Positions 8,515 to 19,229 of a stretch of 64,000 nt of DNA are shown here, piece after piece (the stretch's first letter is position 1; every line of letters begins with the position of its first letter). A program made the translations under genes and the position numbers. Under the pieces are notes generated by a model that was not told the origin of the DNA, made no database searches, and saw nothing but the letters and a program-made list of their open reading frames with translations. Source of the DNA: Spirochaetia bacterium (GTDB lineage: Bacteria; Spirochaetota; Spirochaetia; DSM-16054; Sediminispirochaetaceae); assembly GCA_034520965.1 (NCBI GenBank), contig JAXHMY010000005.1:34365-98364 (forward strand), read 5' to 3'.

Positions 8515-11102
8515 CTACACTGACGGCGTGGGCTGAGCAGGAGGCCAGAGGTACACGGTCAGGCCGGCGGCGGCATAACACAGGGCAGCCGCGGTAAGGG
8601 TAGCCGGAAAACCGGCTTCCATCGATATCAGCACCGCCAGAGGCCCGGCGGCCACCGAGCTAAAACCGTTAATTCCCCAGGCCCAGGGAACCATATCCGG
8701 GGCCCCGGCGCTGAGTATTCCCATTCCCGAAGGCAGCATCCAACCCATGAAGAACGAGGGCAGGGCCAGTATCAAAAGACCAATACAGTAGCGTATTACC
8801 AGGGGAAATCCGAACAACAGGTCTACCAATGGGTCAAGCAGAAAGAGCAGTCCTACTATCAAAAGCACCACTATTGCAGCTGCGGTTTTTATCCGCCGGC
8901 CCGGCGGAAGGGGGATGCGCCCCTGCAGGGAGCTTCCCGCCCCGGCACACAGCAGAATGGCGGTAATTACCGCCGAAGCGCTGTAGATGGGGTCTCCCAG
9001 AAACAAGCCGAGCTTCTGAATCATCACCATCTCTAAAAACATAAACCCGAAGCCTATGGCCCCGAAATGCAGCAGCACCGGCAGCCGGTAGGCTTTGGGC
9101 GACTCCTGCAGTCCCTTTAGGCTTCGCCCACGCCGTATCCACAGGGGCAGGAGTATCAGCACAAAGGCAACCAAAACTATTTCCAGCAGGGTCAGCATCA
9201 GCACCACATAGCCAAGTTCCATCCGCTGCAGGAACTTCCCCTCGTAGCTGCGGATAAACTGCCCGAGGCTGTCCCACTTAAAAAAGTTATAAAAATAGGG
9301 TTTTTGGTCGGTAGGCGGGCGGATGTTGTAGGGCCAGGATTCAAACAGCTCTTCCCGGTTTCCCTCGGTCAATTGCATGGCCCCGTGGTGGTAGTAGGAA
9401 TAGGACGCGCCCGGCGGGCCGTCTATCCGGTTGCGCTGTTCTAACCGCTCCGACTCGATTCCGGGATAGTACTCGATATCCATTCCCAGCTCCCGGCTCT
9501 CCCGGCGAAGCGCGTCAATAGCGGCCGTGTCAAAGGGGTCGGCAGACACCATGGTGGTGACGGCCAGGTAGTTGCGGGCCTGCAGAAGGTGCTTCCGGGG
9601 CTCAGCGACACCCATCTGCTCCAGGGCATCCAGAAACAGGGCAAAGATTTTTAGGTTGTCCCGGGGCGGAGACTGGATTCCCCGGGTGATGGATACTACT
9701 CCCTCTGGCTTAAGAAGAGCCAGGCAGCCGACAATACCCTCCCGGTTCACCAGGTAGTCCTCATGGAGGGACTGCATCCCGCCGCCGGCAGCGGGCATTC
9801 CCTCCGCCGAAACAAGCTGAATTACATCATAGCGCTGCTTGCCGCGGCGCTCGAGAAACAGGCGGGGAGGCTGTACCACCGTCTCCACCCCGGGGAGGGT
9901 AAAAACACCGCCACCGGCGCTGCGCAAGGGTCCCTTGAGCCCGTCAATCAGCATTTCGCTGGGCTGCACCACGGTAAACTGTTCTATTCCGAACCGCCGG
10001 CCCAGCCAGATGTTGGTGCCGCCCACCTCTCCCAGCAGAAGGGCTCGCGGAGCAGAAACCTCGCCACTCCTGAGCTCTCCGACCTCCCGCCGCGAGCGCA
10101 CAAGCCGGTAGGCAAGTGACTGGGGGGTAGAGTCCATGATCCGGGCACCCCTGTTCTCCTCAATTTGAAAAATGGTGCCCGCCGGCTCTCCGTCGTAGAG
10201 TACCGCCAGCTGGGGGGGCGCCATTACCCCCGCCTCGGGACCGGCAAACAGGGTCTGGTGCAGCGACTTTGCCTCGTACACGTCCAGTCGCATTCGGGGC
10301 GAGTCGCCGGAAAGAACCTTCTCGGCATCTCCCTGGTGCTCCAGGCGGCGGAGCTGGGCCAGGGTCTTGTACTGGCCCATCCCCATCTCCGCCGGCAACT
10401 GCAGGGCGACCGCCGCCAGACCTAGGACAAGCAGCAGCGAGAAAATCTGCTCCGGTAAGCGCACTTGCGGGGCTTCCTGGCGGGGTGCCTGCCGATGTTC
10501 CTGGCGGTGCGTCCCCTTTCCCACCAGCAGCAGCCACAACAGCTGGGCAGCGAGGGCTACCACTACTGTCGAGAGGGGCAGCAGTGACGGAGGCAGGAAG
10601 TGGAATACCGCCAGGGCACCCACGCCCCGATGCCGCTGCCGAACAGATTGACCCCGTAGAGCACCGGGATCTGACGCTTGAAATAGCTGAGGCTCAGGCC
10701 GATGCACACCGCTCCAAAAAAGAAGGGCAAGAACAACAGCAGATTGTACAGAAGCAAGAGCGCGAATTGCCCGCCGCTGTAGAAGATGTAGCGGATATCG
10801 ATAGGCAGCAGCCGGGAGAGGCTGTAGGAGAGGGGGATGGACAGGCTGAAGAAGAACAGGAAGCGGTAGGACCACACTTCGAAGCGCCGGGCAAGCTTTT
10901 CAAAGGCAAAGGTGAGGAAGGTGCCGCTAACCCCGAAGCCCAGTAGGGCGGTACTGATAACCAGATACGAGAAGTGGTAGTTGCGGGTCACCGACAGGGC
11001 CCGCATGTAAAACAGCTGCAGGGCGATCAGGGCGAAGGAAACTAAAAACACCGTCACCGCCGTGGCGGCAGTAAAGCCCGTACTGGGTCTCCTGCTGGAC
11101 AT
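8515..11102 (-). pseudogene. large polytopic membrane protein with a central spermidine-synthase-like (SAM MTase fold) domain; 1-nt frameshift near 10624-10630
   Basis: The track ORFs 10563..11135 and 8515..10875 belong to one gene. NLFGSGIGA in one frame continues as GALAVFHFLPPSLLPLS in the other. TM-rich N- and C-terminal thirds flank LLLGEVGGTNIW...YDVIQLVS (SpeE-like). The likely start is ATG 11102-11100, one nt after the pcm stop. Confidence 0.7.
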
Positions 11103-11103
11103 G

Positions 11104-11898
11104 CTAACTCTGCGCCTCGCCGGTAAAGGGGACAAAGCGCACCGGCATCAGCCGCTCGGTGCGCACCTCGCCGGAGGCCTCCTTTTCCACCAGCATCAGG
11201 GTCTGCACCTCATACACCCCACCGATGGGGATAACCATCCGTCCGTCGGGCTTGAGCTGCTCCAGCAGGGGAGGGGGAATGTGTCCGGCCGCGGCGGCTA
11301 CAATAATCGCATCGAAGGGGGCGTACTGCTCCCAGCCGTAATACCCGTCCCCCTGTTTTACCTTTACCTCGCTGTAGCCATTTTGGGCAAGGTTTTCCTG
11401 CGCCCAGGAGGCCAGCTCATCGATTATCTCGATACTGTACACATCGTTGCTAATCTCGGCCAGCACCGCCGCCTGGTAGCCGCTGCCCGTTCCAATTTCC
11501 AGCACCCGGTCTCCGGGCTTCAGCTCGAGCATTTCGGTCATGTAGGCTACAATGTAGGGCTGGCTGATAGTCTGACCCTGTCCGATGGGCAGGGGTTTGT
11601 CCGCATAGGCCCGGGATCGGTCTCCCTTGCGCACAAAACCGTGGCGGGGCACCCTGCGCATTGCCTCAAGCACCTCCGGGTCCTCGATTCCTCGACCGGC
11701 GATATCCTGCTGTACCATTCTGCGGCGCTCTTCGTGCATTTCCCCGGAAACCTCTGCAGAATCGGTTGAAGTGGGCTGCTCCGGCTCTTCGGCTTTCTGC
11801 TTTTCCGGCTGCCCTCCCGCCGGCAGGGCCACCTCTGCGGCAAAACTCAAGCAAAGGGCCGCCAGGCTTATACTGAGTCCTCTGTTCAGTAGTCCCAT
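11104..11898 (-). CDS. pcm: protein-L-isoaspartate O-methyltransferase with an N-terminal signal peptide
   Basis: 264-aa ORF with [30 protein letters not shown] and DAIIVAAAA motifs. The N-terminus [22 protein letters not shown] is hydrophobic and signal-like. Confidence 0.85.
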   Translation of the reverse strand: MGLLNRGLSISLAALCLSFAAEVALPAGGQPEKQKAEEPEQPTSTDSAEVSGEMHEERRRMVQQDIAGRGIEDPEVLEAMRRVPRHGFVRKGDRSRAYADKPLPIGQGQTISQPYIVAYMTEMLELKPGDRVLEIGTGSGYQAAVLAEISNDVYSIEIIDELASWAQENLAQNGYSEVKVKQGDGYYGWEQYAPFDAIIVAAAAGHIPPPLLEQLKPDGRMVIPIGGVYEVQTLMLVEKEASGEVRTERLMPVRFVPFTGEAQS

Positions 11899-12150
11899 GG
11901 CACATCCTCCTCAGTTTAAAGTATGGAACCCACCGGGCGGTTCATGCAAGGCGCCGGTTCATTTTTTATTATAGATGCTCTTCCATTAGCTGCAAGGCCG
12001 GTGGACAGCCGGAGGGGCTTGTGGTGTAGAGGCTTATTTACACGCCGACCCGCAGCTTACTCGGCGGCGCTGCAGCACAGCCGGGGTTCTCTGCCCTCCG
12101 GGCCGGTGTCTAAGGGATAAGCATTTTTATATAGATATACCAAAGAAGGC

Positions 12151-12780
12151 TCAGCGTTTTGCGGCGGCCTGTTCGGCGGCTGCCTCGGCATCGTATAAGG
12201 CTTGATTTATGCGGCGGGCGGCTTTAGCCCGGTCCAGACCGGCCAGATCTTTGATCGGTTCGCCGTAGTGAATAACAATCCTGCTGCCCGGCAAGGGAAT
12301 CTCGAACTTATCCCAGGAGTGGGCAAAGGTGTATTTCCAGGAGGCTTTTATACCCACCGGGATAATGGGCAGACCGCTGCGCTGCTGCAGCATCACAGCT
12401 CCCAGCTTGATCTGCTTAGGCGGACCCTGGGGGCCGTCGGGGGTTATTACCACTCGAACCTCCTGTGCAAGCAGTTTCAGCATGGTTCGCAGCGAACTAA
12501 GCGCGCCGTCGGTGCTGGAGCCGCTGACTACCCTCCAGCCGAGCCGTTCTAGAGTCCGGCTGATGATCCGCCCTTTGCGGCTGACCCCGGCCAGGGCGGT
12601 GTAGCGGGAGGGGGCCCGATTTATTGCTAGAATCCACAGATAACAGTGCCATGCAAGTAAAAGCCCACCCCCGGCGATTGCCTCATCCGCGGGGGGCCGG
12701 TTTATTTCCCGAACCCGGTAGGTGAGGCGTATAATTCGCATGAGTTTCTCTAGTATCCATGGATAGTATCTGTCCAGCAC
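12151..12780 (-). CDS. DUF374 / lysophospholipid-acyltransferase-like protein
   Basis: 209-aa ORF with GGLLLAWHCYLW ... ITPDGPQGPP, characteristic of the DUF374 family. It lies downstream of fabF-fabG. Confidence 0.65.
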   Translation of the reverse strand: MLDRYYPWILEKLMRIIRLTYRVREINRPPADEAIAGGGLLLAWHCYLWILAINRAPSRYTALAGVSRKGRIISRTLERLGWRVVSGSSTDGALSSLRTMLKLLAQEVRVVITPDGPQGPPKQIKLGAVMLQQRSGLPIIPVGIKASWKYTFAHSWDKFEIPLPGSRIVIHYGEPIKDLAGLDRAKAARRINQALYDAEAAAEQAAAKR

Positions 12781-12793
12781 TGTAGTCGGCTAT

Positions 12794-13528
12794 TCAGTCT
12801 TTGTGCCGGCCGGCGTTCACATCGATTATCTCGCCGGAGACAAAATCATTCTCTAATAGATAAATGATGGTGTGGGCAATCTCCTCGGGTGTGGCGATCC
12901 GGCCAAAGGGGGTGAGTTTTGCCAACTTCTCCTTGACCTCGGGGCTGATAAGCTCGGTGTCTACCGGGCCGGGGGCTACTGCATTTACGGTTACCTCCGG
13001 TGCCAATTCGTTCGCCATGGAGAAGGTCATGCTGCTCAGGCCGCCCTTGGTGGCCGCATAGTGGGGGCCGAGTTTTCCGCCCATCTTGGCGGCGATGGAG
13101 GAGAGGTTTACAATCTTGCCCCTGTTTTTCCGCAGCTCGTCTACCGAAGCCTTTACACAGTAAAAGGCGCTGGTCAGGTTGCTGTCCAGCACGTTTTTCC
13201 ACTCGTCCATGGAGATCTCCTCGATCGTGGTATTATCTCCATTAACTCCTGCGCTGTTTATCAGGATATCTATACCCCCCAGGGCCTGCTTGATTTCACC
13301 CACCAGCCGTTGTACTTCGGGCCACTTGCGCAGGTCCGCGCCGAAGGCTGCCGCCGTAACCCCATGTTTTTGGGCCTGCTCGACTATTTTTTGGGCCTTA
13401 TCCTTATGTGAGTGATACACCACCGCCACATCGGCCCCTTTTTTCGCCAATGCAAGGGCTGTAGCGGCGCCTATCCCGCGGCTGCCGCCGGTAATTACTG
13501 CTCGTTTTCCTTTTAGCTCCATGTTCAT
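12794..13528 (-). CDS. fabG: SDR oxidoreductase, 3-oxoacyl-ACP reductase-like
   Basis: 244-aa ORF with TGGSRGIG cofactor motif, NSAG, and catalytic YAATK. Confidence 0.8.
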   Translation of the reverse strand: MNMELKGKRAVITGGSRGIGAATALALAKKGADVAVVYHSHKDKAQKIVEQAQKHGVTAAAFGADLRKWPEVQRLVGEIKQALGGIDILINSAGVNGDNTTIEEISMDEWKNVLDSNLTSAFYCVKASVDELRKNRGKIVNLSSIAAKMGGKLGPHYAATKGGLSSMTFSMANELAPEVTVNAVAPGPVDTELISPEVKEKLAKLTPFGRIATPEEIAHTIIYLLENDFVSGEIIDVNAGRHKD

Positions 13529-13618
13529 ACTCCTTACTTATAGGATAAATACGGACAATTTTATAGTCAAACTTGAGTGCTGAGGGGGAGCCGGCAGCGG
13601 GGCTGCCGGCGGGCGGTT

Positions 13619-14863
13619 TTATGTATTCGGACCGGTAAAGGCCAGCACGCAGTTTTGTCCGCCGAAACCGAAGGAGTTTGAGAGGGCCCCCTTAATAGGA
13701 GTTTCTCTGGGCTGGTTCGGCACATAATCAAGATCACATTCAGGATCGGGGTTTTCGTAATTGATAGTCGGCGGTAGGACTCCTTCCTTTAATGCCAGCA
13801 GGGTTGCGGCAGCTTCAACCGCCCCAGCAGCCCCCAGGGTGTGGCCTATCATCGATTTAGTAGAGCTGATAGGAATGCGGGAGGCAGCCTCGCCAAAGGC
13901 ATTTTTGATAGCAAGGGTCTCAATTTTATCGTTTGCACGGGTCGATGTGCCGTGGGCGTTGATGTAGCCTATATCCTCAAGGTTTAATCCGCCGTTATTT
14001 ACGGCCATTTTCATGGCGGCAGCGGCATTTTTCCCGTCCGGCTCGGGAATGGCGATGCTGTAGGCATCCGAAGTCATACCGGCTCCGGCAATATAGCCGA
14101 GTATTTCCGCCCCCCGGTCGCGGGCATGGGCTTCAGTCTCAAGCACCAGCACTGCAGCGCCCTCTCCGATAAGAAAACCGTCCCGCTCAGCATCGAAGGG
14201 ACGGGATGCTTTTTGCGGATCTTCGTTGCGGGAGGTCAGTACTCCCATACAGCCGTAGGCGTTTACCGTTATCGGGGAAATGGCCGCTTCCGCCCCGCCG
14301 GCGAACATTACGTCCGCCCCTCCGGTTTTGAGTATCATAGCAGCCATCGCGATGGCATGGCCTCCTGAGGCACAGGCGGTGGTTATTCCAATATTCGGGC
14401 CGGTAATTCCCAAATCGATACCGATATTGGCGGAGGACATGTTGGGTATGATCATGGGCACTGCCAGGGGGTTGCCGAAACCGGGCCCTTTTTCTAGTAA
14501 TTTTTGATGCTGTGCTTCCAGGTTTTCATAATCCCCGGCTGCGGTTCCAACAACAGCGCCGGTCCGTAGGGGATCCATTGTATCCAGCTGAATTCCCGAT
14601 TCTTGTACCGCCTGGATGGCCGCGCACGACGCGAGCTGGGAAAAACGGGACATTCTTCTGATGCGTTTACGGCTCAGAAACTCCAGCGGATCAAAGCCCT
14701 TTATCTCTGCGGCGATTTTGCTTTTATAGTTGCTTGTATCAAAGCCGCTGATGGCGCCGGCGCCCGACTTACCCTCGATAAGGCCGTTCCAAAACTCTTT
14801 TTTGTTATTACCAATTGCGGAGTACACTCCTATGCCTGTTACGGCAATTCTTGTCTGTTCCAT
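13619..14863 (-). CDS. fabF: beta-ketoacyl-ACP synthase II
   Basis: 414-aa ORF with the active-site region TACASGGHAI, HGTST and GHTLGAAG motifs. Confidence 0.9.
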   Translation of the reverse strand: MEQTRIAVTGIGVYSAIGNNKKEFWNGLIEGKSGAGAISGFDTSNYKSKIAAEIKGFDPLEFLSRKRIRRMSRFSQLASCAAIQAVQESGIQLDTMDPLRTGAVVGTAAGDYENLEAQHQKLLEKGPGFGNPLAVPMIIPNMSSANIGIDLGITGPNIGITTACASGGHAIAMAAMILKTGGADVMFAGGAEAAISPITVNAYGCMGVLTSRNEDPQKASRPFDAERDGFLIGEGAAVLVLETEAHARDRGAEILGYIAGAGMTSDAYSIAIPEPDGKNAAAAMKMAVNNGGLNLEDIGYINAHGTSTRANDKIETLAIKNAFGEAASRIPISSTKSMIGHTLGAAGAVEAAATLLALKEGVLPPTINYENPDPECDLDYVPNQPRETPIKGALSNSFGFGGQNCVLAFTGPNT

Positions 14864-14986
14864 AGATTCGCTCCTTGCATCGGGTGTTAAAAATGGATCT
14901 TAGCACATTTGCATGGCATGTGCTATAATCTAGGTGACTGTAAACCGATCTTGCTGTACGATCTTACTTGATGGAGGGGGAAGCAG

Positions 14987-16793
14987 ATGCAAATTACCTA
15001 TTTAGACGGGCCTCGACTGAAGCGAGCACTGATTGCCGCCGGCCGCAGAGTTCAAATTTACCGGGAGCAGCTCAATTCCATCAATGTATTTCCGGTAGCC
15101 GACAGCGATACGGGTACCAATATGGGCTCTACTTTAACGGCCATGACCAGGGGAATTATAGACAGCTCGGACAGCAGCTTGGCAGCTGTAAGCAGATCCG
15201 CCGCCGATTATGCCCTGTCCGGAGCACGGGGAAACAGCGGAACCATACTTTCCCAATTTTTCTACGGGCTCACCAAGGGAATTGAAGATCGCAGTAGAAT
15301 CAATACCAGAGCCTTTAGTGAAATTGTGCGTAGGGCTGTCGATTACACCTATGAGGCCCTCTCCGAACCGGTAGAGGGTACCATACTGACGGTACTAAGG
15401 GTATGGTCGGAAAAACTGGTTGAAACGAGTAAAAAAACAGCTGATTTTGCCCAGCTTTTTACTGAATCCCTGTCATATGCCAAGGAGGCGCTGCTGGATA
15501 CCCGCCGCCGTCTACCGAGCCTGCGGAAAGCAAAGGTGGTAGATGCGGGTGCCCTCGGCTTTGTATATATGATCGAGGGAATCGTGAAATTTTATCGAAA
15601 GTGGAAGGATACGCGACCTAGAGCAGATACCGGACATAGAGATAAATGAGATTCCGGAGGTGAACGAAGTAGAGGAAGAGTTACACTTTAGATACTGCAC
15701 CGAATGCATCATTGAAGGCGGCCCTATTGACCAGCATGAGCTGAAACAGAAGCTTACCGGATTGGGAGATTCACTTATTGTAGCCGGTTCGAATACCAGA
15801 GCCAAAATACACATTCATACCGATGGGCCGGAAGAAGTATTTGGGCTTGCACGGCAATACGGACTACTGGCCGATCAGAAGGCCGACGATATGTACAAAC
15901 AGTATGCGGCGGCCCATAACCATCAGACCGAGGTGGCCCTGGTAATTGATTCGGCCTGCGATCTGCCGCCTGAACTGATGGAAAAACCTTTTGTCCACAT
16001 GGTGCCGGTAAAGGTGATCTTTGGGCAGAACAGTTATATCGATAAGGTCGCCCTGAGCCCGCAGAGTTTTTACGACCTGGTGCGGACAGACAGTGAAGTT
16101 GTCGGTACCACTTCGCAGCCTGCTCCGGCGGATTTCGAGAGGGTGTTTTCTTTTCTTGGAAAGCATTACCGGCATGTGCTGTATCTGTCCCTGGCCGGAG
16201 GGCTTAGTGGAACGATAAAATCTGCCAAGAGTGCACTTGAGAGATTGGAGCACAGAGATTCCGTGCATATTATCGACTCAAAAAATGTCACCATTGGAGC
16301 GGGGCTGATTGCCCGGCGCGCGGCCGAGGCGATAGAGAAGGGAATGGGGATATTCGAGGTACAGAAACTGGTACGTGACCTTGTCGAGAGGACCCGGCTG
16401 CTTATTACCATTCCCCATTTAGAGGCACTTATGCGAAGTGGCCGCCTGGGGCGCACCAAAGGTTTTATTGCCCAACTGTTCAAATTACGGCCCTTGCTTA
16501 CCCTTGATTCCCAAGGGAAAGTGGTAAAGGCGGCTATGACCCGCGGTCCGGCAGCGGGTAGAGAAAAGCTTATTGCTATGCTGCAGCGCCGCCTTGGAAC
16601 CGAGGCGGCCGGTGATTTTGCAATAGCCCACGTGGACAACCCCGGCACGGCCCTTTGGTTTAAGGAACAAATTGAGCGGTATTTTAAGCCCTCCAGGGAA
16701 GTATTTATTCTGGATGCCTCTCCGGCCCTAGCCCTGCATACCGGTTTTGGTACAAGCGCGGTGGCATATATAGCCCCTGCAGAGGCACAGTAG
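14987..16793 (+). pseudogene. DAK2 (DhaL/FakA-like) domain fused to a DegV (FakB-like) domain; 1-nt frameshift at about 15585-15594
   Basis: ORF 14987..15649 has the DAK2 start (INVFPVADSDTGTNM). The frame of ORF 15660..16793 is open from 15588 and carries the DAK2 C-terminal part (FRYCTECIIEG...GDSLIVAG...IHIHT) followed by DegV (ALVIDSACDLP ...). The junction lies in the run GTGAAATTTT. Confidence 0.75.
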
Positions 16794-16804
16794 GAGGCAC
16801 AGTA

Positions 16805-17500
16805 ATGGAGCTACTCCAAGCGGCTCACCTGGCCGCCGTACTTATTCTCAGCTATCTGCTGGGTTCTCTGCCAAGCAGTATTATTATCGGCAAGCTCTTC
16901 TTTAAGAAGGATATCCGCGAGTTTGGTTCAGGGAATGCCGGCGGCACCAACGCGGTGAGGGTTTTTGGTTGGCCCGCGGGAATCGCAGTTATTCTTATTG
17001 ATATTGCCAAGGGAGCCTGCGCAGTACTTTTTATAACGCAGCTGCCGCTTTTAGGGTCTATGGAGACGGGTGTGCTTTCAGCCGATGGAACGGCCCTTGC
17101 AGCGGGTGCTGCTGCAGTAGTGGGGCACATTTGGACCGTTTTTGCAGCCTTTCGCGGAGGCAAGGGAGTAGCCACCGCTGCCGGTATGATTGCAGCCCTG
17201 TATCCTGCAGGATTCAGCGCTGCACTGGTTATTTTCGTGGCTGCGGTACTGCTGACCGGCATTGTATCTGTCGGATCACTGTCTGCGGCAATTTCCTTTC
17301 CTTTAGTTCTGTATGCGCTTGATACAAGCGGGCTATCAATGGTATCACCCTTGTTAATGGGGTTTTCAATTCCGATTGCTATACTGATTCTCTTTACCCA
17401 TCGTAAAAATATCGGGCGCCTGCTGCGGGGGGAGGAAAAACGGCTTTTCAGAAAAAATGGAATCAGAACAAATGAAAATAGAAGCGGGAACAAAAAGTAA
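16805..17500 (+). CDS. plsY: acyl-phosphate:glycerol-3-phosphate acyltransferase
   Basis: 231-aa membrane ORF with the GSGNAGGTNAVR and FRGGKGVAT motifs. Confidence 0.9.
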   Translation: MELLQAAHLAAVLILSYLLGSLPSSIIIGKLFFKKDIREFGSGNAGGTNAVRVFGWPAGIAVILIDIAKGACAVLFITQLPLLGSMETGVLSADGTALAAGAAAVVGHIWTVFAAFRGGKGVATAAGMIAALYPAGFSAALVIFVAAVLLTGIVSVGSLSAAISFPLVLYALDTSGLSMVSPLLMGFSIPIAILILFTHRKNIGRLLRGEEKRLFRKNGIRTNENRSGNKK

Positions 17501-17535
17501 AAAAGAACTTTTGAAATAAACAGCAATGTATAAAA

Positions 17536-18258
17536 ATGAAGCCGGAAAATAAAACCAAAAAAATAAAAGAATCAGACCTCTTCCAGCCCCTCAAGGCGTA
17601 TCTCGAAGGCCAGGGTTACTCTGTGCACGCCGAGGTGCGCAATTGTGATATTGTGGCCCAAAAGGGGGATGAACTGATTCTTGTAGAGCTGAAAAGTTCA
17701 ATTAGTCTGAATCTTCTGATACAAGCAGCCGAAAGAAAAGAGATTAGCGATTCGGTGTATATTGCAGTACCGGTACCCAGGGGTGGCTAGGCGTCCCCCA
17801 AACTTCAAGCGGACCAGACACTGTGCGGCGCCTGAGTAGGCTGTATTCTGGTAGATTTTATGAAGACCAAAACAAAACTGAGGATTGAGCTGCATCCGGC
17901 AACACACAATAAAAAGAGGCGGCCTTCAAAGAAGCGGGCAATTCTGCGGGAGATAGACGGGCGTTACGCTGAGTTTAACCAGGGGGGTGAAGCGGTGGCC
18001 GAGGAGAAAATTACTGCGTATAAACAGGAAGCCCTGCGGATCGCCTACTTCTTACGGAACAGCGGCCCCGCTTCACCGGCTAAGCTGCGCACCGCGGGTA
18101 CTTCGGAAAAAACCCAGTCAATTCTACTAAAGAATGTCTACGGCTGGTTTGAACGCCAACGGCGAGGAGTTTACCAGCTGCATCCCGCCGGACACGAAGC
18201 GCTGGCCCATTACGCAGCGAAACTTGAGAACTTTGAACGAATAATCTTACCAAAATAA
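17536..18258 (+). pseudogene. DUF2161-like protein (PD-(D/E)XK-like N-terminus plus winged-helix C-terminus), at least 2 frameshifts in 17785-17860
   Basis: ORF 17536..17790 (CDIVAQKGDELILVELK) and ORF 17860..18258 belong together. The linker reads ARRPPNFKRTRH / RRL / VGCILVDFMKTK across three frames. Confidence 0.55.
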
Positions 18259-18269
18259 GGAACTGCACC

Positions 18270-19211
18270 ATGGCTATACCTGACAACACTGCCGATGATA
18301 CGCAAAACGAGAAGTCTTCACTGCTGATGGTATATATTGCACTGCTGCTGGCGGCATTTTTTTGGGGGAGTTCCTTCCCCGCCACAAAGATAGTGCTGCG
18401 AGGCTTCTCTCCCATAGCTTATGTGTTTCTCCGTTTTGTAGGCGCTTCTCTCATTTTTGGAGTTTTGATGCTGCGCAGATACCGGCCTCTGGGAAGGCGG
18501 GTTCACCTCAAACTGGTACTGATGGCCTTTTTTCAGCCCACAATCTACTTTCTGTTTGAGAGTGCCGGGCTGCAGTACACCTCAGCCTCTAGTGCCTCCA
18601 TGATTATCGCCGCTCTGCCGGGAATTGTAGCTCTCCTGGCGGGGTTCCTGCTGAAGGAGCGCCTTTCTCTGCGGCAATGGGCGGGGGTGCTGCTGTCGAT
18701 TGTCGGTGTCATTATACTGGCGGGCTTCGATGACAACCCGACCTATGCCGAAAGCAGCCTGCTTGGCAACAGCCTGGTGCTTTTGGCTGTGCTGGCCGCC
18801 TCGATGTATATGATTGTCGCCAGGCACTTATCGTCCAATCTCTCTGCAGTGGAAATTACCTTTTACCAGGTGTTTTACGGAATGCTGCTGCTTGCTCCGG
18901 TTTTTTTATTCCGGATGTCGTCGGTTGAATGGAATAGGGTAGATGCGCCTTCGATTGGCGCTCTGGTGTTTCTTATACTTGGGGCCACACTAATAGCTTT
19001 TCTGGCGTACAATTTTGCCCTGACCCGGGTGGATGCCTCAAAGGCGGCAGTTTTCCTAAACGGGGTCCCGGTGTCTTCGGTCCTTGTCTCGTGGGTGCTG
19101 TTAGGAGAGCGACTGGGAATCCTGCAGCTGCTGGGAGGGCTGATTGTAATATCGGGGGTAAGCCTTACCAACTGGCGCCGCCGTACGCTTGTCCGGCGGC
19201 GGATTATGTGA
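18270..19211 (+). CDS. DMT-superfamily (EamA-type) transporter
   Basis: 313-aa ORF with ten hydrophobic segments arranged as two EamA-like halves. Confidence 0.8.
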   Translation: MAIPDNTADDTQNEKSSLLMVYIALLLAAFFWGSSFPATKIVLRGFSPIAYVFLRFVGASLIFGVLMLRRYRPLGRRVHLKLVLMAFFQPTIYFLFESAGLQYTSASSASMIIAALPGIVALLAGFLLKERLSLRQWAGVLLSIVGVIILAGFDDNPTYAESSLLGNSLVLLAVLAASMYMIVARHLSSNLSAVEITFYQVFYGMLLLAPVFLFRMSSVEWNRVDAPSIGALVFLILGATLIAFLAYNFALTRVDASKAAVFLNGVPVSSVLVSWVLLGERLGILQLLGGLIVISGVSLTNWRRRTLVRRRIM

Positions 19212-19229
19212 TTTTTGGGGGGGCGTCTG

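Noticed and set aside
8515-10875. The 786-aa track ORF taken at face value, including its N-terminal ~90 aa (MVLPLPVLLQPVHPPLLQ...).
   Set aside because: That N-terminal stretch is an out-of-frame read-through of the same gene. The real N-terminus is in ORF 10563..11135, and the two join by a 1-nt shift near 10624-10630.
11899-12150. A SAM or SAH riboswitch upstream of the SAM-dependent pcm.
   Set aside because: I could not find the conserved SAM-I, SAM-II or SAH consensus blocks in either orientation. I kept the region only as a low-interest unexplained spacer.
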